Below, in pieces: positions 57,352 to 64,000 of a stretch of DNA of 64,000 bases (positions are counted from its first letter, which is position 1; the number at the start of each line of letters is the position of its first letter). The notes under the pieces are model-generated. The model was not told the DNA's origin and ran no database searches. It saw only the letters and a list, made by a program, of their open reading frames with translations. This DNA is from an uncultured virus (IMG/VR IMGVR_UViG_3300025438_000011). Taxonomy: Duplodnaviria > Heunggongvirae > Uroviricota > Caudoviricetes. Where the stretch lies: IMG/VR virus record IMGVR_UViG_3300025438_000011; one strand, written 5' to 3'. The translations under genes and the position numbers were made by a program.

Positions 57352-57693
57352 ATGAAATTAGATATAATTGAACATTACGAAGAAGAAGATGGTGGAGGAT
57401 CCATATATTTAATGGATACCAAGGGTATAACAGTGTGTAGGATGTATTGGTTTAATGATTACCCAAGTCCAGTACTAGAAAGACTACATATATCGAAAGA
57501 ACATAGGAATAAAGGTCTAGGTACCTATTTACAGGAGTATCGAGAGAATAAAGCACGTGAAATGGGTTATGAGACTGTTTCTCTGTGGGTTCTTAAAGAT
57601 ACGTGGATGATAGAATGGTATGAGAGAAGAGGATACTCGTATTTTGGTAAATACGAGAAAGAGAATGCTATTTGGATGAGGAAAAAATTATAA
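57352..57693 (+). CDS. GNAT acetyltransferase
   Basis: LHISKEHRNKGLGT...WYERRGY. Confidence 0.85.
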   Translation: MKLDIIEHYEEEDGGGSIYLMDTKGITVCRMYWFNDYPSPVLERLHISKEHRNKGLGTYLQEYRENKAREMGYETVSLWVLKDTWMIEWYERRGYSYFGKYEKENAIWMRKKL

Positions 57694-57722
57694 TAGTTAT
57701 TATATAACAATATATAGACAGT

Positions 57723-58034
57723 ATGATTGAGAAAATATATAATTTAGTATTTGGTATACACTACTTTAACCCGTATGGGTTTGAGTTACGAGATATGGAT
57801 AATAAATTGTGTAGTGATGTGTGTGATAAAAAAATTACTGTATTGAGAGTTTATTCAACAGAAGATAATTTGTGGTACGTTCAATTGATGGTTTGTGATT
57901 ATGGTAAGTTTGAAAAATATAAATATCAGGATAATTTAGTTTTGAGTAATAAACCAAATATATTTACTTTTTTATTTAAGTCTAATGTCTTGGTTACCAG
58001 GTGGTTAGAAGATTTACCTAAATTAATCATTTAA
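57723..58034 (+). CDS. Hypothetical protein
   Basis: ORF after AATATATA. Confidence 0.6.
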   Translation: MIEKIYNLVFGIHYFNPYGFELRDMDNKLCSDVCDKKITVLRVYSTEDNLWYVQLMVCDYGKFEKYKYQDNLVLSNKPNIFTFLFKSNVLVTRWLEDLPKLII

Positions 58035-58124
58035 ATTATAAACTTTGTATCATAAACATCGTATAATATGTAATATGTCGTATATAGACATAATTGATTA
58101 TATATATAAATAAATTAACGGCAA

Positions 58125-58934
58125 ATGAAGCAAATAGAAGGCATGAAGAATTTCTCGGTACAGGGAAAATTCTTTAAAGAACAAACTGGTAAGGATTTTG
58201 AATTTTTCTACGATAAATACTTTGATAAACTAATATACTTTGTAAATAAAATGGTCGATGATAGTAAGATGGCAGAAGATCTGGCAACTGAATCATTCCT
58301 TATAGCATTACATAAGATTGAGAAATATGAAAAAGAGAAATCTCAATTCTCAACATGGTTATTTACAGTAGCCAGAAATCACACATTACAAGAACTTAAG
58401 AAAAGTAAAAAAACTATATCGATGGATGTTTATGTTGATGAAGATGGTACGACTATGAAGGATTTCATACAATATGATGAATCCGAAGATATTCTCATGG
58501 ATAGTGTCTGGAATAAGAAAGCACAGATTATGAGTGATCATATCTATGCTCTTAAAGAACCGTTCAAAACTGTCATTGAAATGAGAGAAGTAAAGAAAAT
58601 GGTTTATAAAGATATTGCCGCTCAACTTGGTAATGATGTTACATTTTCAATACAATCAATTGGTGAATCAGTTAAACTGCCTTATGAATTATCTGAGGCT
58701 AGTTCAGTTACTAATATCATAGGTGATGAGATTGAATTTAGTCTTATTGAAGGAGATGCTAAGAAAACGCCTTTTTATACACATATCAAAGTTAAATCTG
58801 TTGGTGAGTTCAGAGTTATTGGTAGAAGTCCTAAACCACTGAGTACTATAAAAAGTCAGATTCGTAATGGTCGTTTGAAGTTAATCAACGAAACCAAGAA
58901 AGAATTCAAGGAAATCGAAAATATGTTCATGTAA
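58125..58934 (+). CDS. ECF-type sigma factor with a large insertion in region 4
   Basis: AEDLATESF...FSTWLFTVARN (region 2); YKDIAAQLG..[67 aa]..PLSTIKSQIRNGR. Confidence 0.85.
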   Translation: MKQIEGMKNFSVQGKFFKEQTGKDFEFFYDKYFDKLIYFVNKMVDDSKMAEDLATESFLIALHKIEKYEKEKSQFSTWLFTVARNHTLQELKKSKKTISMDVYVDEDGTTMKDFIQYDESEDILMDSVWNKKAQIMSDHIYALKEPFKTVIEMREVKKMVYKDIAAQLGNDVTFSIQSIGESVKLPYELSEASSVTNIIGDEIEFSLIEGDAKKTPFYTHIKVKSVGEFRVIGRSPKPLSTIKSQIRNGRLKLINETKKEFKEIENMFM

Positions 58935-58951
58935 TTGATATATTTAACCAT

Positions 58952-58997
58952 ATGAACTACACACACTTCGTGATGGGTGTGTTTTACGAAACGTCAT
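58952..58997 (-). mobile_element. 46-bp divergent mini-element, copy 4
   Basis: ATGACGTTTCGTAAAACACACCCATCACGAAGTGTGTGTAGTTCAT after TTTAT. Confidence 0.75.
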
Positions 58998-59031
58998 ATA
59001 AATTTAAACATGAAAATAAACACAAAGACTA

Positions 59032-59583
59032 GTGGATGAGCTTCTAAACTATCTAAATCGAGATGGTCTTTTATTATCCAATACAGTAAATGTATATCCG
59101 ATTGTTGAGTTGATTAAGGAATATTATCCCAATCACTTAATTTATCGAGATATTTCATTTACTGCGTTATTTGAAGAACTTAATAAGAGAGTTCCTAGAG
59201 CTGGTAAATTGAATGAATTATTGAACGGTAATAAACTCACAATCATAATTGATTTATCGGGTATGCATGAGGAGCCTGGTGGGATATTATCAACTAATGA
59301 AAATTATAAAGTACTGTGTAGTGTATTAACCACTTTGATGCCTGTTGAGAATTTACATATATTGGTTATTAACACAACATACTCAGTGAATGTTGAGGGT
59401 GGTACATCAAATAAGTCGAGAGGTGGTGGTAATTTAATACACATATTCCCAATGGTACTTGGTTTCTATGATACCATCAGTGTTATTAAGGATAGAGAGT
59501 ATGATAATTTTGTTGATGATAAAGAAATATGTGATAGTGTGAAGTTGTTGAGAGGCTTTAAATTGAAAGAAATATTGAGATGA
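59032..59583 (+). CDS. Hypothetical protein (possibly degenerate RecA-like fold), RGFKLKEIL tag
   Basis: IIIDL, ILVIN, GGG.L segments; no Walker A. Confidence 0.55.
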   Translation: MDELLNYLNRDGLLLSNTVNVYPIVELIKEYYPNHLIYRDISFTALFEELNKRVPRAGKLNELLNGNKLTIIIDLSGMHEEPGGILSTNENYKVLCSVLTTLMPVENLHILVINTTYSVNVEGGTSNKSRGGGNLIHIFPMVLGFYDTISVIKDREYDNFVDDKEICDSVKLLRGFKLKEILR

Positions 59584-60014
59584 GAATAGTTAATAAAAGA
59601 GCAAGATTTGATTATGACATAAAGGAGGAATTCATTTGTGGTATAAAACTTGTAGGTTCTGAAGTGAAATCTATCCGGGATAAGAATATCTCTTTCTCGG
59701 ATTCATATGTTATTGTAGATGATGGTCAAGTGTATTTAACTGGTGTTTTCATCGGTAGGTATGAACCATCATCATTCCTAAATCACGAAGAGAAGAGAAA
59801 TAGAGTACTATTACTCAATAAACGTGAAATTACAAAGTTGGAAAAGTCTGTTGCTTCGAAAGGCACTACAATTATACCTATTGAGATTTTCACGAAAGGT
59901 AGTCTAATTAAAGTCAAAATTGGTCTGGGTAAGGGTAAGAGGGAGTATGATAAACGTAATTCAATCAAAGAAAAAGATATTAGTAGAGAAATAAGTCGTA
60001 ATTTGAAGGTCTAA
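59580..60014 (+). CDS. smpB: SsrA-binding protein SmpB
   Basis: NKRARFDY..GIKLVGSEVKSIR..NHE..R.LLL.KREI..GKGK.YDKR..IK. Confidence 0.95.
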   Translation: MRIVNKRARFDYDIKEEFICGIKLVGSEVKSIRDKNISFSDSYVIVDDGQVYLTGVFIGRYEPSSFLNHEEKRNRVLLLNKREITKLEKSVASKGTTIIPIEIFTKGSLIKVKIGLGKGKREYDKRNSIKEKDISREISRNLKV

Positions 60015-60034
60015 ACTGGATTCTATATACATAT

Positions 60035-60081
60035 ATGAACTACACATCAGCTAAAGACTTGTGTGTTTTACGTTCCGTCAT
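60035..60081 (-). mobile_element. 47-bp mini-element, copy 5
   Basis: ATGACGGAACGTAAAACACACAAGTCTTTAGCTGATGTGTAGTTCAT after TTTAT. Confidence 0.85.
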
Positions 60082-60104
60082 ATAAATTTAATACTTAATA
60101 ACCA

Positions 60105-60470
60105 ATGATGGAAGAAATAAATTTAGAGGGTGAAAAAATAAGTATTCATATTGAACATGGTGGTGGTTCATCCAACAACACGATTGGTTTAACAATAAAT
60201 GATATTGTTAGAAATTCACCATTACATAAGGATATAACGACTATATACAAGAAATACAAAGAAGGTAATGTGGGTGATATATCAATAGTATGTGATAATG
60301 TACTCATATATGGTCGTGGTGTATTTACTAAGAATGTGTGGAGAGGTGGTTACCAGTCGAAAACATTAGGACAACTCAAGGTTAGTTTTGTTGTTATGGA
60401 GTATCGATTATCTAAGGGTAAATCGATACTTCGAAATTCAAAATTATCCGATATACTCAGTGAATCCTAA
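60105..60470 (+). CDS. Hypothetical protein with RNSKLSDIL tag
   Basis: ORF; shared C-terminal motif. Confidence 0.65.
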   Translation: MMEEINLEGEKISIHIEHGGGSSNNTIGLTINDIVRNSPLHKDITTIYKKYKEGNVGDISIVCDNVLIYGRGVFTKNVWRGGYQSKTLGQLKVSFVVMEYRLSKGKSILRNSKLSDILSES

Positions 60471-60638
60471 ACTCAGAAAAGTACAAAGGAATAAAAAATT
60501 AAAATTATTCTTGGTGATTGAAAACTTTTTACGTATATTTGTATAAGAAGTAAAGAATTATGTGAGGACATCTTCTCTTCGGAGATAGACAGATTAACAA
60601 ATCAGAGTAAAAATATATTTTTAATTTGCTAAAGAAAA

Positions 60639-60891
60639 TATAATAAACAAAGAAGTGTTGAAAGTTAAAAAATGTCCTTTAATAATCATTGGTTAATAAT
60701 TTTGTTACCTTTATAAACCCCGTGATTCACACTATTCTATATACAAATTATATTATATTAATATAAATTATAATAAACAAAGAAGTGTTGAAAGTTAAAA
60801 AATGTCCTTTAATAATCATTGGTTAATAATTTTGTTACCTTTATAAACCCCGTGATTCACACTATTCTATATACAAATTATATTATATTAA
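60639..60891. repeat. Two identical 123-bp direct repeats, period 130
   Basis: 60639-60761 = 60769-60891. Confidence 0.9.
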
Positions 60892-60913
60892 GGGAACTAT
60901 ATACTTAGTTAAC

Positions 60914-61120
60914 CTAATTCAGGACAAACCCATCGTAGTCCTCTATTGAATATCTTATTTTCTTAATCTCTTCGATACACTTTATAGACATCGTAGCAAA
61001 TCCATCAATCTTTTGTAGATTAACAACGTGTTCCTCAATCTTCTCCAATGCAACCATTTCATTAGGTACATTCACAATAAATTCCCAACACATTTTAAAC
61101 TTCACTTTATAATACTTCAT
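60914..61120 (-). CDS. Hypothetical protein
   Basis: ORF downstream of the helicase gene. Confidence 0.55.
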   Translation of the reverse strand: MKYYKVKFKMCWEFIVNVPNEMVALEKIEEHVVNLQKIDGFATMSIKCIEEIKKIRYSIEDYDGFVLN

Positions 61121-61129
61121 AATTCTAAT

Positions 61130-64000
61130 TTATATTTTTATACCCGTTAGGTAAATGAATTTACCCCTATTTTCTATTAGACCAACTTGTTGAAACCCAA
61201 CCTCATTGAGTGTACCAATAAGTTTCTCTTGCTCTTCCAATGTCTCGTAATTTTTTGATGGTTCAGCAATATAAATCACACCCTTCCTTCTAAGAATTCG
61301 ATACGATTCTTTAATATAATCATCACTGTTCGTACCCCATAACGCCAGACTGAATACGGTAACATCAATCGATTCACTATCAAGTCTAGTTTCTTTCATA
61401 TCACAAGCAATAACCGTATCATCAATCGCCACATGGTCAAATGAATAAACTTGGTTGTTTGGTATACAATCTTTAAAAAGGTTCTCACCACACCCGAAAT
61501 CCGCAACAACGTCTCTAACATCTTTAATCTTGGTGGCGATGTATTCATACGGAATCTCTTCCCAAGAACCCATACGTTCGTTCCTAAGAGCGTGATACCT
61601 TCTCCATGAGTCTGGGTTATCAGTAAACTCTTTATGCATCGTAGATGATTTCGTAGTCTTTCCCCTTCTGTTAAATTCCGATAATTCTGAATTTATTCTA
61701 CTTTCCCTCTCCTCACCATCAAGTTCTGGGTATAAATCCATCTGAATTATGTTTCTCTCAGATGAAACCACGTTACCACCAATGACCCTATCTTGCCAGT
61801 TTTTCAAAGATTCAATAGACTTCTTAAACATCGTTTCTTTCGATGGTAGTATTCTCGATGGTATGACACCATCAACTGCCGCATCAGCCAAGGTTCGCTT
61901 ATTCTTGATAAGGTTAAGTCTTTGTACGTCCCAAGACCATACCTCCCCACCCTCAAGTGGAATCCTAACCTGTGGGATGATTATCTCCACATTGTCAAAT
62001 TCAGAACCTTGTCTATAAATTCTACCTTTTAATTGGGTATATTCGGAGTCAGTCCAAGGTAATGTTATACATATCATCCTATCTGATACTTCCTGTAACC
62101 CGTCAACACCTGTACCAATAGGCTTAGAGCCAATGAGCACATCAATTTTACCAGCAATAAAGTCTTTGAGGTTATTATCTCTCAATATCGATGATTCATC
62201 ACCAGTATATGTCCCAACTTTAAAACCAAGAGACTCAACATGTTTTTGAACATTATTTACTATCCCACTAGTGAAATACGTATAAATAACAACACCCTTT
62301 CGTATGTATGGTGTAATGGCTTTCAACTTATCATTCAAGATAAGTTTTTCGACACCAGTATAGTTACTCTGAGATAGACCTAATAAATCGTCTAATAAGT
62401 GTGAACCATCGATAGATAAGTTACTCATATTTCTACCAGTCAACTCATTAAGTTGTATGGCATAGTTAGGTATAAATCTTAAACCATTCAACGTTAGTTG
62501 TTTGAATACGTTAATTGCGTTACCGATAGTCCTTCTAGTTTGTAAGTCATTATACTCTAAACCACTCATCAACTCTAATAATGACTTAGCTTCATATAGA
62601 TTGTTGATTACTGGAGTAGCTGACATGGCTAGAATGTGTAGACCATCATTTTCCCTCGCACGTCCAAGTAATCTAACCATGACACCACGCCTAATCGATT
62701 CCTCTTCTTCTGTACGTTGTTTTGCGTTATGAACTTCATCAATAACAACAAAGTCGATTTGGTTATTAGATGTTAGTGATTGGAATTTACCTTCTGAGTT
62801 ATCTTGTTGGAACTTCTCGTAATTGAGGACTAGGTAGTTGTGATTAACTCTATCAAAGACGTACCACTCTTTATATTCGGTAAAACACTTACTATCTGGG
62901 TAGACACCCTTAATTTCCTTACATAGTTGTTTTACTGTGGAATTTAGAGCAATCACTAGGGTCAATCTAGCATCCATATTACGTGAAGCTAAAATGAATG
63001 ATAGTGTTTTACCTGCACCAGTTCCAGACCAGTTACCGTAGTATTTATTCTTCAACAACCTATATACTGTGAGTTTCTGCATAAGGTTTGGTTGTGCAAT
63101 ATTACCATCTCTACCCCTAAACGAATACCCCTCTATTGGGGTTATCTTTGTCGCTTCATCATACTCGTTTATAAACGTTTCTTTAATCTCAGTGAAATAC
63201 TTACCACCCGTCTCATTTCTAAGTTCTGAAACGTCCGTTACATCGTTAAGCGTTTTATTCCAATACTTCCTAATCTTATACTCTATAAGTGATTCAAAAG
63301 CCTCTTCATCCATTGATGAGTAGATAGTATTATCAAGTGAACGTAGGTCTTGTGTTGAGTTGATTGATGGTAATCTAAGTTCACTCTCCACCTCTTTAGT
63401 AATTTCATCGTCCACATCATCAACCTCAACTAACTCGGCTTCTTGGGTAGTTTCAGTTGGTTGGGTTGTTGTACTATCATCTTCTGGCTCGTTCTCAGAT
63501 TCGAATCGTTCCTGTAATTCTCTAATAGTCACTACACGTTCATCTGAATCAGCATCAGTATTAACTAGTGGTCTGAAATCGTTGGGTAATGCACCCTGTT
63601 GGATGATGATTTGTAGTTCAACTGGGTCGAATGTTAATAGGTCAGTTTCAGATAAATCATTCAGTAAACTAAGTTTGTATGGTTTGGAAAAACCATGATT
63701 ACACACTGGGCAACCTTGACCCTGATTATGCTTATTTGGAGTTTGTTCGAATTCACCATGTTCTGTACATATGATAGTTATTTTATCCCTACCAACCATT
63801 TTTAAATTCATTTTAGAGTAATCATATATATCACCATGTACCTCTTTGAATTGTTTTATCAGATAATGTGTCCTATCCATAGCATTACTAGACACACAGT
63901 TAATACCTTTTATTAAATTTTTGGGACTTATTATATGTTCAGTACCGTACTTCTTATTAATCACTATTACACCATCAAGATTACTTATATATTCAACCTT
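61130..64000 (-). CDS. SF2 helicase fused to a class I (RRP8-like) methyltransferase with an N-terminal zinc-ribbon repeat; probably 5'-partial
   Basis: CTEHGEF..H..G.GCPVC; GTGAGKT, DEVH, SAT, QLKGRIYRQG; VADFGCG, VFSLALWG; frame open to the window edge. Confidence 0.8.
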   Translation of the reverse strand, partial: KVEYISNLDGVIVINKKYGTEHIISPKNLIKGINCVSSNAMDRTHYLIKQFKEVHGDIYDYSKMNLKMVGRDKITIICTEHGEFEQTPNKHNQGQGCPVCNHGFSKPYKLSLLNDLSETDLLTFDPVELQIIIQQGALPNDFRPLVNTDADSDERVVTIRELQERFESENEPEDDSTTTQPTETTQEAELVEVDDVDDEITKEVESELRLPSINSTQDLRSLDNTIYSSMDEEAFESLIEYKIRKYWNKTLNDVTDVSELRNETGGKYFTEIKETFINEYDEATKITPIEGYSFRGRDGNIAQPNLMQKLTVYRLLKNKYYGNWSGTGAGKTLSFILASRNMDARLTLVIALNSTVKQLCKEIKGVYPDSKCFTEYKEWYVFDRVNHNYLVLNYEKFQQDNSEGKFQSLTSNNQIDFVVIDEVHNAKQRTEEEESIRRGVMVRLLGRARENDGLHILAMSATPVINNLYEAKSLLELMSGLEYNDLQTRRTIGNAINVFKQLTLNGLRFIPNYAIQLNELTGRNMSNLSIDGSHLLDDLLGLSQSNYTGVEKLILNDKLKAITPYIRKGVVIYTYFTSGIVNNVQKHVESLGFKVGTYTGDESSILRDNNLKDFIAGKIDVLIGSKPIGTGVDGLQEVSDRMICITLPWTDSEYTQLKGRIYRQGSEFDNVEIIIPQVRIPLEGGEVWSWDVQRLNLIKNKRTLADAAVDGVIPSRILPSKETMFKKSIESLKNWQDRVIGGNVVSSERNIIQMDLYPELDGEERESRINSELSEFNRRGKTTKSSTMHKEFTDNPDSWRRYHALRNERMGSWEEIPYEYIATKIKDVRDVVADFGCGENLFKDCIPNNQVYSFDHVAIDDTVIACDMKETRLDSESIDVTVFSLALWGTNSDDYIKESYRILRRKGVIYIAEPSKNYETLEEQEKLIGTLNEVGFQQVGLIENRGKFIYLTGIKI

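Noticed and set aside
58634..58834. Intein in the sigma factor
   Set aside because: No Cys/Ser start or His-Asn end, and too short
3618..60081. Mini-elements as CRISPR repeats or orphan guide RNAs
   Set aside because: Dispersed single copies with no spacers or cas genes; too short for a TnpB omega RNA scaffold
59580..60640. tmRNA next to smpB
   Set aside because: No GGGG.. 5' end or T-arm/CCA 3' end found nearby
60639..60891. CRISPR array
   Set aside because: Only two 123-bp units with a 7-bp spacer

Overview
AT-rich (roughly 30% GC by eye), gene-dense segment of a very large tailed phage (jumbo/huge phage). The host is most likely in Bacteroidota, judged from TTTG-N19/20-TAnnTTTG promoters, bS21 and lipoproteins with K-D/E export signals. 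It encodes a translation toolkit (GlnRS, tRNAs, bS21, S1-domain protein, two bL12-CTD proteins, SmpB, an ArfA-like peptide), replication/repair genes (gp46/Rad50, NAD-dependent ligase), large virion proteins, DnaJ, an RNA ligase, a QueF-like protein, an ECF sigma factor, homing endonucleases and an IS200/IS605 tnpB element with five 46-47 bp derivatives. The best candidate for an undescribed system is a pair of paralogous ribosome-mediated attenuators in front of the tRNA clusters. A Gln-rich leader (QYQQQQQ) precedes two tRNA-Gln genes and glnS. A Pro/Asp-rich leader (PLP..DQDPDP) precedes tRNA-Pro and tRNA-Asp-derived genes. Each has a protector, an antiterminator and a terminator. A second strong pattern is a shared C-terminal R-[ND]-x-K-L-x-x-[IL]-L tag on about 20 unrelated proteins. 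All calls are from reading the sequence by eye; no searches or folding programs were run.
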